Below, piece by piece: positions 17,633 to 27,259 of a DNA stretch of 64,000 nt. The notes beneath the pieces are model-generated. The model searched no databases, was not told the origin of the DNA, and saw only the letters and a list, made by a program, of their open reading frames with translations. Source of the stretch: an uncultured Acidobacteriota bacterium (GTDB lineage Bacteria; Acidobacteriota; Vicinamibacteria; Vicinamibacterales; 2-12-FULL-66-21). The stretch spans positions 2,234 to 66,233 of the forward strand of contig CAVOPH010000003.1 of assembly GCA_963697775.1 (NCBI GenBank), read 5' to 3'. The position numbers and the translations under genes are program-made. Position 1 is the first letter of the stretch. Every line of letters begins with the position of its first letter.

Positions 17633-20600
17633 TCATACGACGTGGTACTTGATGACGCCTGACAGATTGGGCGGATCGGCCGACAGCACATCGATGCCAC
17701 GTGCGTGGGCGATATACGCCAACCCACGCGCGTCATCGGACTGGAGGCCGCCGATGCCCTGTGGATAGGCGAGCTCATAAAGCTTGCGGTCGGTGCGGCT
17801 GGAGAACGGATCAGCCACATCGAAGATGAAGAAGCCTTCGCCGGCCGCTGTTCCACGGTCGCCACCAGCGAGCAGGCGCCGCCCGCCACTGGCAACCGCC
17901 AGCTCACGGATGATGCCCGGGTGATTGACGTGGCCGATGAGCATCGGGTTGTCGGGATCCGTCACGTCGAGAATGTCAATCCCGCCAATGCCCGCCACAA
18001 AGAGCAGATCGAAGATCTCGTCGGCCGTGATCTGTCCATCAGCGTTGCGGTCAACCCGGACGCCCTCAGCCGCAATCAGCCGCCGCGGCCTCACGTTCAA
18101 ACCGACCGAGGTGATGAAGGACAGGTTCGCGTCGAACACGTCCAGCGAGGCTGGCGCATCGAACGCGTTGTTCGCCCCGAACAGCCGTCCCCCAATTGCA
18201 GCGACGTCGCGGTAGTCCCCTGAATAGAGCCCTTCTGGTTGCCGCAGGTTGTAGTCGACCTCTGGAATGTTGTTGCCGATATCGACCGCCATGATCCCGA
18301 TCTCGGTCACAGCCATGTATGCGGCGACGCCGGCCGTGAGCTGAATCGTGGCGACACCGCGGGCGGCTCCCACCCCGCTGAAGGTGCCGTGCCGGTTGAA
18401 GTTGTTCAGCTCGCCCGGATTCGCCGTCAGAATCTTTGCGCCGAGCTCGCACGGCTTGGCTGGATTCGTCACGTCGATGAAGGCAATCGTCGCGTTGGCG
18501 GTGTTGTACGAGCTGACGACCGCGAGATCGCCGGCGAACTTCGTACCGAGCGGAATGTGATCGGAGCACGACGGCACGGGGAACGGCTGCCCGTTCGCCT
18601 GCTTCCTCACAGTGACGAGCGCGCTGGGGTTGATCGCGATGCGCTTCGGGACAACGTAGCTCGAAGCCTGGCCCATCTTGACCGGGTTGGCAGGGTCGGT
18701 CACGTCAACGACGTTCGCAACGGGCGCAACACCCCGAATCGAAGGAATGGCGGTCAGAGTGGTCATTGCCGATCCGGTGGCGCCGACCGGATGGGAAACC
18801 GCCAGATCGCCGAATGGCACGGGATTCCCCACCGAGTCAAAGAGCTGAAACGTGCTCAGCTTCCGGGGCGTGAACGTCGTCAGCAGTATCGACCTGGCCG
18901 CGATCGGCCGCCCGAGCAGGTCAGTCAGCCCGATGAGATTGAGCTGGTAGACGCCGTCGAGCGCCAGCGGCTTGTCGGGTACGAACGTAAGAACCTTGTC
19001 GCGTTCCGACAAGCGAACCTGTCCAGTTATCCTTTGACCCGTGGTGGCGTCGTAGACCGCGAATCGGAATACGTTCGTGTTGAGAAGAGGCGCCGAGAAC
19101 GCCAGTGTGATCGACCGGGCCGGATCGAAGTCGATGAAGCGATTGACGTCGGTCAGGAGATCCGGCACGACGCTGTCGGGCCCGTACACGTCCAGCAGCA
19201 GCGTGTCGTCCGGATAGGGAGCGGGCCCGACCAGCTGCCGTCGAACCGCCTGGGTGCTCGTGTTTTTCACCGTGACGCGGAAATTCGGCAGCGCCTGCTC
19301 GTCAACAGTTCCGTTTTCGTACTCGACCTGAACGACGAACGTGTCGGTGATGTTCGCGTCGAGGGCGAACACGAATCCGCCGGTGACGACCCGGCCTGTG
19401 TTACCGGCGGTGACGTCGAGAATGACGTCGGTGCGTACGACCGTGAGCGCACCACCAGCGCCTGGCCGCTTGGTCAGCAACTTCACCAGCTTGACGCCAG
19501 CGTTCTCGTCGAGCGCCGGCTGACCTGACGGCCGGTTCAGGTTGTATTCGATGATTTCAGCGCGAGTGGGATCGATTGCGCCGGGAACCGCACGGACCAG
19601 GAGGCTTCCGGTTCCAGAGAGATAGGCGACTGGATTGATCGGAACGACCGGCCGCTGCCCCGCCACCCCGATCGCCTGCGCCGTGTAGGTATCGGCGAGG
19701 GTCCCTTCGACAATCATCCTGACGTTCGAAGACTGGCGGCCGCCAGCAAACGCAACCGTCGCCCTGGTCTTCGTACGTGTGTTCTGGACGAGCAACGATT
19801 GATCGCCAGATAGCAACTCGGTCTTCGGGATTTCGATCACGACAAACGACCGGGGTGCGGCCTTTGTGCAATCAGCAGGAAGACCATGGGCTGCGCACTC
19901 CGCCGGCCCGAGTGTCCTCGTCGTCGTCGTGAGCACGCCGCTGATGACGGCCCGCGAGTGAACCTCGATGGCAATCGGATCCGCGTCGCTGCCCTCGATG
20001 CTGGCTGCGCCTTCAAACGGCGGATAGAAGCTCGATGTCGACTGGCGGCCCGATGCATTGTTGGTGACGACCACCTCGTCATCGTCCGGCGTCACCAACG
20101 CGGCGGGAATCGGGACGGTCACACGGTTCGGGGCAACCGTGACGCGACCGCTGAGCACCGGCAGGCAGACCCTTCTCGGAATGAGTCCGAGGACGGCTTG
20201 AATCTGTTCGTCGAGCGAAACGCCGAAAGGCAGCTGCAGCGAGGTGGACGTCTGTGCGAAGTCGTCTGCCAGCATCTGCAAGGCGTCGAGGAACCCCGAC
20301 CCGCTCGAGATCGCCGTGAACGTCACCCCCATCGGCCGCGCCGATTTCAGGAAGCCGTAGACGCCGCTGCCGGTGACGCCGGGACATGGAGGCGACGACG
20401 TGGCAATGCGGCCGTTGATGAGGCGTGCGGTATCGGCGACGTTCAGCGCGGCTGGCGCGCCGGCAAGCGTCAGGACCTGCCCGACCACCCATCGATCGAC
20501 CAACGTGTCGCTGGCGTGAGCCGGAATGCTGACGTTGATGTAGCTCGCGGGAGTCTGACCGCCGAGATCGAGCTGCAGGCCGCCGGCGTAACTGAAGACT

Positions 20601-21934
20601 TGCTTCTGTTCCGGGGTCAGTTGAACCGGGAAGTCGGCTTCAGCGACCGGCTTCACCGTAATGATGGTGCCGGACGGGAATGCGCCATCAGGCACGTCGA
20701 GCGCCACGCAGGTCGATCCCGACAGAGATCCATCACCGAGCGTCGTGCAACCTGGCCCGAGGACCCGGCCTCCGTCGCTTCCAACCGCCGTTGACAGGCT
20801 CCCGTCCGCGTTCTGACGCTGGAAGCGCGGGATGGAGACGACCGTCTGATTGCCCGCCGGGTCGGTGACGATCAACTGCAGCTTGTCGGCGAGCGACGCC
20901 GTCACGATCACCACGAACCCGCCGTTGGGATCGAGGATGACAGGCGTGATCGTCCCCTGGGTGAGGTTCCTGATGAGCACGGTGTCGTGCGCACCGGCCG
21001 TCCCTTGGGTGGCGGTGATCGTGGTCTTGAAATCGCCGCCGGGAATCGTCGCCGACATACTCCCTGCGGGAGGCGGCGGCGGGGCGACCGTGTCCAGGCT
21101 CGTGAACGTAGTGACAAATGCCGACGGCAGCGGCCTGCCGAACGGGTCCTTGACGCCTTGAGTGATCGTGAGCGTGTAGACCGTGTTGGGCTGGAGCGCG
21201 TCGACAGGGCGCAGCGTCGCGACGGTGTTGCCGGAGGTCAGTGCCAACGATGACACGGCAACGCCGGCGCTCGACGTGAGCTGGATCGTCTGAAGCGTCG
21301 CGGTCGCGGGATCGATCGCGCTGGCAAAATGGATGATGACCGGGTCCGCGAGCGCGACGTTGACGGCTCCGTTTGCTGGCGTGACGGACGTCACGGTCGG
21401 TGGCCGCGCGACGAGCGGCAGATCGAGCGGAATCACCTGTCGTGGCGTCGACGAGGCGACTTGCGCACTGACGGTGTCGGTCCTCAGAAGATCCAGCGCA
21501 TTCACGCTAACGTCGCCGAGACCAATCGTGGAGATGTAGCGGCCGGTTGACTGCGACATCGAGACGATCGCGTTCGTGTTGCTCGACACCAGCGCACCCG
21601 CAAACGGCCCATTGGATCCAGTGACGCTACCGGCCACGAAGGCGAGCGGCGTCGTGGCGCGAAGGAACACGTAACGGCCAGGCAACTGGATCCCTTCGAA
21701 CGTCACATCCGTGCCGGCGAGCACGCGAGTGGAGACCAGCCGATCGTTCGTCAGTGCGCCGAGCCCCATCAGCACGAAGCGCGTCTGTCCGCCGAGCTCC
21801 TGGAGCCGGGTCAAGAGGAAGAGATCGGTGTCGGTCGCCTGAGCGGGACGCAGAATGGAAAACGTCGCCGGTGCTGACAGTACGGTCGCAAATGAAATGG
21901 ACGTCGCGCTCACGAAGTCGAAACCAGTGGGCAA
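17633..21934 (-). CDS. Giant gene 2 fragment (1433 codons): Big_5/SbsA-like domains and C-terminal LVIVD-repeat beta-propeller
   Basis: Uninterrupted ORF 17633..21934. Big_5-like: TVTSVTPANGAVNVALADPVIIHFASAIDPATATLQTIQLT. LVIVD-type repeats: VANVVDVTDPANPVKMG, IAFIDVTNPAKPCELG, GGIDILDVTDPDNPMLIG, GFFIFDVADPFS. EF-hand-like loop: DRNADGQITADE. No signal peptide at its own N-terminus. Confidence 0.75.
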   Translation of the reverse strand: MPTGFDFVSATSISFATVLSAPATFSILRPAQATDTDLFLLTRLQELGGQTRFVLMGLGALTNDRLVSTRVLAGTDVTFEGIQLPGRYVFLRATTPLAFVAGSVTGSNGPFAGALVSSNTNAIVSMSQSTGRYISTIGLGDVSVNALDLLRTDTVSAQVASSTPRQVIPLDLPLVARPPTVTSVTPANGAVNVALADPVIIHFASAIDPATATLQTIQLTSSAGVAVSSLALTSGNTVATLRPVDALQPNTVYTLTITQGVKDPFGRPLPSAFVTTFTSLDTVAPPPPPAGSMSATIPGGDFKTTITATQGTAGAHDTVLIRNLTQGTITPVILDPNGGFVVIVTASLADKLQLIVTDPAGNQTVVSIPRFQRQNADGSLSTAVGSDGGRVLGPGCTTLGDGSLSGSTCVALDVPDGAFPSGTIITVKPVAEADFPVQLTPEQKQVFSYAGGLQLDLGGQTPASYINVSIPAHASDTLVDRWVVGQVLTLAGAPAALNVADTARLINGRIATSSPPCPGVTGSGVYGFLKSARPMGVTFTAISSGSGFLDALQMLADDFAQTSTSLQLPFGVSLDEQIQAVLGLIPRRVCLPVLSGRVTVAPNRVTVPIPAALVTPDDDEVVVTNNASGRQSTSSFYPPFEGAASIEGSDADPIAIEVHSRAVISGVLTTTTRTLGPAECAAHGLPADCTKAAPRSFVVIEIPKTELLSGDQSLLVQNTRTKTRATVAFAGGRQSSNVRMIVEGTLADTYTAQAIGVAGQRPVVPINPVAYLSGTGSLLVRAVPGAIDPTRAEIIEYNLNRPSGQPALDENAGVKLVKLLTKRPGAGGALTVVRTDVILDVTAGNTGRVVTGGFVFALDANITDTFVVQVEYENGTVDEQALPNFRVTVKNTSTQAVRRQLVGPAPYPDDTLLLDVYGPDSVVPDLLTDVNRFIDFDPARSITLAFSAPLLNTNVFRFAVYDATTGQRITGQVRLSERDKVLTFVPDKPLALDGVYQLNLIGLTDLLGRPIAARSILLTTFTPRKLSTFQLFDSVGNPVPFGDLAVSHPVGATGSAMTTLTAIPSIRGVAPVANVVDVTDPANPVKMGQASSYVVPKRIAINPSALVTVRKQANGQPFPVPSCSDHIPLGTKFAGDLAVVSSYNTANATIAFIDVTNPAKPCELGAKILTANPGELNNFNRHGTFSGVGAARGVATIQLTAGVAAYMAVTEIGIMAVDIGNNIPEVDYNLRQPEGLYSGDYRDVAAIGGRLFGANNAFDAPASLDVFDANLSFITSVGLNVRPRRLIAAEGVRVDRNADGQITADEIFDLLFVAGIGGIDILDVTDPDNPMLIGHVNHPGIIRELAVASGGRRLLAGGDRGTAAGEGFFIFDVADPFSSRTDRKLYELAYPQGIGGLQSDDARGLAYIAHARGIDVLSADPPNLSGVIKYHVV

Positions 21935-24900
21935 CGACGACGCCGAGCTCGTTCAAAGACATCGAACGAAGTTCAACTGGAACACTCGAGGGGACGCTGC
22001 CCGCACCAATGTCCAGCCGCTCCCCATTTGCACCGGTAATCGATCCACCGCCATTCCCGACCAGGGGAACCTCATGGACGGCCTCTTCGGGCGCGCGCAT
22101 CTCGACCGTGATCACCCCTTTCTCGAGGGTCAGCGGCTCGAAGACGAGCGACGGGCTCACTGGGAAGCCGGCCGCCATCACCGGAGAAGGACCGCCGGGT
22201 ATCTGATAGAGGACGAGATCCTGCTCAACCGGCTCGAGGTGCATCTCGGTCTGCGAATAGAACTGGTACGCCTCGGTGATACGCGAGTGCACAACCGTTC
22301 CGCTCGAAACCAAGACACCGGCGCCTGCAACCGTGCCGCGCACCACCGACTTCACGCCGGGCTTGTAGAACAGAACCTTGGGCTGCGGAACGACGAGTCC
22401 GGTCGCCTCGAGAGGAATCAGGAGCGGGGTCACCCCGACCACGAGTTCGCCGGGGACCGGTTGCGGCGGAACGGCCGGCGCAGCATCCGCAACGACCCAG
22501 GCGTACTGACCCGTGCCCGGAATGCTTCCTGTGAGCAGTGCCTTGTCGGATGGGAGCGCGTTCGTGGCGAGCGCTCGCCACGCGCGTGACTGTTCGTCCC
22601 ACTGTACGAACGTCACCAGCCTGCCCGCCTTGAGATTCAACGCGTTCGGTGATGCGAGCGACGCCGGCGTCGCGAACGGGATCCCGTGCGGGCCAATGTC
22701 GATGATGTCTATTGGCGTCCATCCAGGAGGCAGCAGTCCCGGCAGCGATTGACGACTGAGCGGCGTCATCGTCACGTCAGCGCTCGACGCGAGAGCCCCG
22801 GCCGGAATCGTCAGCGTGACGTCGGGTCCGCCAAGGGCCACGTTGCCAAGCGAGGGATCCTCAGCGGCCGAGACTTCCCGCTGCCATGCCTCCAGGAACG
22901 TCGCGCGGTCACCTGTGATCGTTGCACCCGACAGTCCGTCAACATGAGCGCTCGCGGCCGCTGCCGTAATTCGTGCATCGACAACTTCGATGGCGGTATC
23001 CGGCTTGATGACCGCCGGTCTGTTGAGCACCGACCAGCCAGCCTTGGCAATCTGAACGATCGCCGTCCCTTCGGTTCCATGAATGACGTAGCGGCCTCGG
23101 GCATCCGAAAGGGCGGACTGCGAATACGGGACGCCACGTGAATCCGTCCCCACGAGCGATGCCGTCGCGCCCTCGACAGGCAGGCCGCTGTTGTCGTCGT
23201 ACACCTCACCCGTCAGGACGCCTTCGCCGGGTGCGATGACCTGAACGTCCCTGGCGTCGATCGCTTCCAATCCTGCGAAGTCGAGCGCCCGCGCTTCGAC
23301 GTGGAGCCGACTGCCCCCCACCGCGCCAGGCGCGACAGCCACCGTCGTCTGGTACGGCGGATCGATGAGCGTCGCGATGCGCTTCCCATCGACAAAAAAG
23401 CGGACAGACGCGACGCCTCCCAAATCCGACACGGTGGCTGAGACGGGCACCGTCGTGCCCGCGTGAGCCGCGGCAGGAGCCGTCAGGCTGAGCGACGGCG
23501 GAATCGTGTCTGGGGTCTGAACGATCTCGATTGATGCGGTCGCGGTTGCCCGGTTGTTCGATCCATCAACGGCCTGAGCCGAGACCGGCAACATTGAACC
23601 CACGACTGCACTCAGCGGAATGACGTAGGTCGCCTCGTAGGGGGGCGCCGTCAGCGATCCGATGGTGACCGAGTTTGCGCCAAGGATCACAGTTGCGACG
23701 CCCACGTTGTCCGTGGCCGTGGCCACGACCTGGAGCACGGTTCCCGGCGCAGCCTGCGCGGGCGCCTTGACGTTGACGATGGGCTTTTCGGTGTCAGGCT
23801 CGGAGACGATCGTGATGGTCGCCGCCGCGGTTCCGACGTTCCCGGCCGCGTCGCGGGCAGAGGCGCCGACCTTCACCGTAGTTCCTGGAGCGACGAGATC
23901 AGGAACATTAATGATTCGCTGGTATGGTGCGCTCGGCAGTTCGATCGGATCGGTGTCGTTGACGTCGAGCGTCACCGACTGAACGCCGATGTTGTCGGTC
24001 GCCTCGGCCGTCATCGTGACGTGCGCACCGGGCAGCGCTTCTTTGGGTCCGCTGAGCGTCACAACCGGTGGCGCACGATCGGGCGCGGCGGCAATCGTCG
24101 CAGTCGTTGCCGCGGCGTCCGATACGGCGCCGTGCGAGTCGGTCACAACCAGGGTGACGGTGAATACGCCGACGCTCTGGTAGACGTGAAACGGTTTGCG
24201 ATCCGTGCTGGTCGTCTGATCGCCGAACGACCACGCGAAGGTGAGTACGTCATTATCGGGGTCGCTCGAGCCGCTGCCGTCGAAGGTCAGGCCAACACCT
24301 ACATCAGCTGACTGCGCGGGACCAGCCTGCGCGACCGGAGAATGATTCACTGCCGCGACAACCGTGATGGTGACGTCCGCGCTGCTCGAGAGGAGCGAAT
24401 CGCTGGCGGTCAGCCGCAGGACGTAGGTGCCGGGTTGAGTGAATGTCGCGGTCGTGCCGGGTGCACCGGCGCTGCTGAACGTCACCGTCCCCGGACCGCT
24501 GAATTTCGTCCACAAGATCGTCAGCGTTCCCCCAGCCGGCAGGCCGTCGTCGGTTGCGGTCCCGGTCAACGCCGCGGTGTTGGGTAGCGTAATCGTCTGC
24601 GGATCGCCGGCGCCGACGACTGGCTTTTGATTGACCGGTGGAGGCGGAGCGGTGACGGTGACCGACGCGGGCGCGGTCGCGCTGCCGCCGTGGCCGTCGG
24701 TGACGGTCAGCGTCGCGGTGAACGGGCCAGCAGTCGAGTACGCGTGCGTCGGCGAAGCGCCCACCCCCGTTGCACCGTCGCCGAAGTTCCACGTGAACGA
24801 CAGCGTGTCGCCCGCATCGGGATCGGAGCCGCTGCCGCTGAAGGAAATCGCTGCACCGGTCAACCCGGAATACGGACCGCCCGCTGATGCCGTCGGGTTG

Positions 24901-25127
24901 TGATTCGGCGAAGGCGGCGCGGTGACAGTGACCGACGCGGTGGCCGTCGCGCTGCCGCCGTGGCCGTCGGTGACGGTCAACGTCGCGGTAAACGGACCAG
25001 CAGTCGAGTACATGTGCGTCGGCGAAGTGCCCACTCCCGTTGCACCATCGCCGAAGTTCCACGCGATACGACAGCGTGTCGCCAGCATCGGGATCGGAGC
25101 CGCTGCCGCTGAAGGAAATCGCGGCAC
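21627..25127 (-). CDS. Giant gene 2 fragment: PKD domains, Ig-like domains, CarboxypepD_reg-like domain
   Basis: ORF 21627..25127. PKD signature WNFGDGATGVG.SPTH.Y...G.FTATLTVTDGHG. Four Ig-like modules with ATDN(I/V)GV or SDLGGV. GEVYDDNSGLPVEGATASLVGTD...SDARGRYVI. Below about 21935 it turns Arg-rich and the sense continues in ORF 17633..21934. Confidence 0.7.
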   Translation of the reverse strand: MPRFPSAAAAPIPMLATRCRIAWNFGDGATGVGTSPTHMYSTAGPFTATLTVTDGHGGSATATASVTVTAPPSPNHNPTASAGGPYSGLTGAAISFSGSGSDPDAGDTLSFTWNFGDGATGVGASPTHAYSTAGPFTATLTVTDGHGGSATAPASVTVTAPPPPVNQKPVVGAGDPQTITLPNTAALTGTATDDGLPAGGTLTILWTKFSGPGTVTFSSAGAPGTTATFTQPGTYVLRLTASDSLLSSSADVTITVVAAVNHSPVAQAGPAQSADVGVGLTFDGSGSSDPDNDVLTFAWSFGDQTTSTDRKPFHVYQSVGVFTVTLVVTDSHGAVSDAAATTATIAAAPDRAPPVVTLSGPKEALPGAHVTMTAEATDNIGVQSVTLDVNDTDPIELPSAPYQRIINVPDLVAPGTTVKVGASARDAAGNVGTAAATITIVSEPDTEKPIVNVKAPAQAAPGTVLQVVATATDNVGVATVILGANSVTIGSLTAPPYEATYVIPLSAVVGSMLPVSAQAVDGSNNRATATASIEIVQTPDTIPPSLSLTAPAAAHAGTTVPVSATVSDLGGVASVRFFVDGKRIATLIDPPYQTTVAVAPGAVGGSRLHVEARALDFAGLEAIDARDVQVIAPGEGVLTGEVYDDNSGLPVEGATASLVGTDSRGVPYSQSALSDARGRYVIHGTEGTAIVQIAKAGWSVLNRPAVIKPDTAIEVVDARITAAAASAHVDGLSGATITGDRATFLEAWQREVSAAEDPSLGNVALGGPDVTLTIPAGALASSADVTMTPLSRQSLPGLLPPGWTPIDIIDIGPHGIPFATPASLASPNALNLKAGRLVTFVQWDEQSRAWRALATNALPSDKALLTGSIPGTGQYAWVVADAAPAVPPQPVPGELVVGVTPLLIPLEATGLVVPQPKVLFYKPGVKSVVRGTVAGAGVLVSSGTVVHSRITEAYQFYSQTEMHLEPVEQDLVLYQIPGGPSPVMAAGFPVSPSLVFEPLTLEKGVITVEMRAPEEAVHEVPLVGNGGGSITGANGERLDIGAGSVPSSVPVELRSMSLNELGVVVAHWFRLRERDVHFICDRTVSTGDVFHSASRSGDRHRSLPLDPAPGARRTDALRADGARRTDERSAGLHSRARRHGCDVRRDPVAWPLRVPSRHDAARLRGR

Positions 25128-25980
25128 CAGTCAACCCGGAATACGGACCTCCCGCTGATGCCGTCGGGTTGTGATTCGGTGGAGGCGGTGCGGTGACTGG
25201 TGACCGACGCGGTCGCCGTCGCGCTGCCGCCGTGACCGTCGGTGACGGTCAGCGTCGCGGTGAACGGACCCGCCGTCGAGTACGCGTGCGTCGGCGAAGT
25301 GCCCACTCCCGTTGCACCATCGCCGAAGTTCCACGCGAACGACAGCGTGTCGCCAGCATCGGGATCGGAGCCGCTGCCGCTGAAGGAAATCGCGGTACTG
25401 GTCAAGCCGGAATACGGACCACCAGCCGATGCCGTCGGGTTGTGATTCGGTGGAGGCGGGGCGGTGACTGTGACCGATGCCGTGGCCGTTGCGCTACCAC
25501 CGTGACCATCGCTCACAGTGAGCGTCGCGGTGAACGGACCCGCCGTCGAGTACGCGTGCGTCGGCGTTGCGCCGACTCCCGTCGCACCATCGCCGAAGTT
25601 CCATGCGAACGACAGCGTGTCGCCCGCATCGGGATCGGAGCCGCTGCCGCTGAAGGAAATCGCGGCGCCGGTCTGGCCGGAATACGGACCGCCGGCAGAT
25701 GCCGTCGGATTGTGATTCGGTGGAGGCGGTGCAGTGATAGTGACCGCTGCGGTCGCCGTCGCGCTGCCGCCGTGGCCATCGCTCACAGTCAGCGTCGCGG
25801 TGAACGGACCGGCCGTCGCGTACGAGTGAGTCGGCGAAGCCCCGACTCCCGTCCCACCATCGCCGAAGTTCCATGCGAACGACAGCGTGTCGCCAGCATC
25901 GGGGTCCGAGCCGCTGCCGCCGAAAGAAATCGCGGCCGCGGTGAAGCCGGAATATGGACCGCCGGCCGATGCCGTCGGGT
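24628..25980. repeat. Tandem 270-bp DNA repeat (5 units, roughly 90 percent alike by eye) encoding the PKD array
   Basis: The unit boundary word TTGTGATTCGG recurs at 24898, 25169, 25440 and 25710, with variants at 24628 and 25980. Spacings are 271, 271, 270 and 270 nt. The two 271-nt units each carry one extra base relative to their neighbours (GCGATACGACAG vs GCGAACGACAG near 25068; GTGACTGGTGACC vs GTGACTGTGACC near 25198). Confidence 0.8.
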
Positions 25981-26677
25981 TGTGATTGGTGGATCCACCG
26001 CCGGACGTGATCGTGAAAGCGCCTGGAAGGATGGCAATCTGCGCGCTGGTCACCTGCACGGTGCGGACGCTCGCCGCCGTGGTCGCGGGTATGGAAATGT
26101 TCGCGAGCAGCGTCGTGTCGGACTGCACGGTGACCTTGTTGACCGTCACCCCTGTTCCAAATGTGACTTGCGTGTTTCCGGCAACGAAGTGTGTGTTCGC
26201 TGAGCCAGTAATGCGGACGTCCTGATTCACGGCGCCCGCAGGCAAGGAAGCGATCCCAGGCAGCGAGATCGCGATCACATCGAGCGACTTGCCGTCGCTG
26301 AAGCTCCCGGTGGTCACATTTCGGACACGAAGCGCCGTGACTCCAACGGGCAATCCAGCCGGAACCTTGACGGTCAGCCGGCGCGAGCCCGCTGTGGCGT
26401 CAACGGTCGCGATAGCGCTCGGAACAGCAGTAAGTGCGGGGCCACTCGCAGGGATGAAGGAGACTTCGTTCTTGGACGCGGTCGGATCGAAGCCGGTGCC
26501 GACGATGTTGATGGTCGCGAGGGTGGAGGCACCGGTTGGCGTGACCGACGTCAGCAGCCCGGACTGCGCGCTCGAGATCGCCCCAACCATCAGGACGAGC
26601 AGCAGTGCGCCCGCGCGGACGCCGGATCGCCTGGAGGTCAACGAAGCGGCGATTGATACGGTCCAGGGCCGGGGCAC
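24977..26677 (-). CDS. Giant gene 2, N-terminal fragment: signal peptide, two IPT/TIG-like domains, PKD repeats
   Basis: ORF 24977..26677 starts at GTG 26677. An alternative TTG at 26641 overlaps the PEP-CTERM gene stop as TTGA. Signal-like SRRSGVRAGALLLVLMVGAISSAQS. INIVGTGFDPTASKNEVSFIP, then three PKD copies. Sensible only down to about 25198. Confidence 0.7.
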   Translation of the reverse strand: MPRPWTVSIAASLTSRRSGVRAGALLLVLMVGAISSAQSGLLTSVTPTGASTLATINIVGTGFDPTASKNEVSFIPASGPALTAVPSAIATVDATAGSRRLTVKVPAGLPVGVTALRVRNVTTGSFSDGKSLDVIAISLPGIASLPAGAVNQDVRITGSANTHFVAGNTQVTFGTGVTVNKVTVQSDTTLLANISIPATTAASVRTVQVTSAQIAILPGAFTITSGGGSTNHNPTASAGGPYSGFTAAAISFGGSGSDPDAGDTLSFAWNFGDGGTGVGASPTHSYATAGPFTATLTVSDGHGGSATATAAVTITAPPPPNHNPTASAGGPYSGQTGAAISFSGSGSDPDAGDTLSFAWNFGDGATGVGATPTHAYSTAGPFTATLTVSDGHGGSATATASVTVTAPPPPNHNPTASAGGPYSGLTSTAISFSGSGSDPDAGDTLSFAWNFGDGATGVGTSPTHAYSTAGPFTATLTVTDGHGGSATATASVTSHRTASTESQPDGISGRSVFRVDWCRDFLQRQRLRSRCWRHAVVSRGTSAMVQREWALRRRTCTRLLVRLPRR

Positions 26678-27259
26678 TGAGGAGCACTCTTGGGTGAACG
26701 AATCCGACGCCGCAGAGCCGCCACGATGACGCCGCTGGCGAGCAGGGCGATAGAACTGGGCTCAGGCACCGACTCGAACTTGGGATCCAGGTAGATGGTC
26801 GCCAGTGAATCGGTCGCAGTGAGGGGACCTGAGAGAAACAAGGAGCCGTAGTCAGCGAAGTTGCCACCGGTGAAGGTAAGCGTCGCGAGAGCGGCAGAAG
26901 CGAAATACGTCCCGACGAGCGCCGTTGGCGACAGCACGGACTCTCCCCCACCGAGAAATCCGTTACCGGAAAAGTCGATGAATTCCAGCGCGGCAGCGCC
27001 CAAATCCACGGTCGCGAAGAATGTCAGGCCACCGTAAAGCGGATCGCTGGTATCGAGATCGTTGGTCAGCGAGAAGTACCTCGAGGCTCTCACAGAAAGG
27101 ATCGATGTCTGAATCGCACTGCTCGACGACGAAATTGAACGTGCCGACAAGGACTGGAGAGGTTGGGTCGATTGCGTCGGCTGACGCCGTCGTGACGCTG
27201 CCGAGTACGAAGACGACGAGGGCGACGAGCGCAAGAGCGGTATGAGACAGGAGTTTCAT
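26638..27259 (-). CDS. PEP-CTERM sorting-domain protein (one frame break near 27085)
   Basis: ATG at 27259 preceded by AAGGTGA. Signal-like MKLLSHTALALVALVVFVLGSVTTASA in the frame of ORF 26963..27475. Sense then continues in ORF 26638..27234 and ends ...KFESVPEPSSIALLASGVIVAALRRRIRSPKS plus about 15 more residues. Confidence 0.7.

Larger units (their letters stand above)
16089..26677 (-). pseudogene. Giant (about 3,500 codon) secreted mosaic protein gene, interrupted by about 7 frame breaks. Domain order: IPT/TIG-like, PKD array, Ig-like, CarboxypepD_reg-like, Big_5-like, LVIVD propeller, HExxH peptidase, PPC-like
   Basis: Five ORF fragments join head to tail. The junctions are SATATASVT / VTAPPPPNHNP at about 25198; DTLS / FAWNFGDG-type sequence at about 25068; LNELGVVVA / TGFDFVSATS at about 21935; IKYHV / YEADRTVGLTY at 17633; and KDPLY / SIPLALIRGEG at about 16870. 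Only the first fragment has a signal-like N-terminus. Confidence 0.7.
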
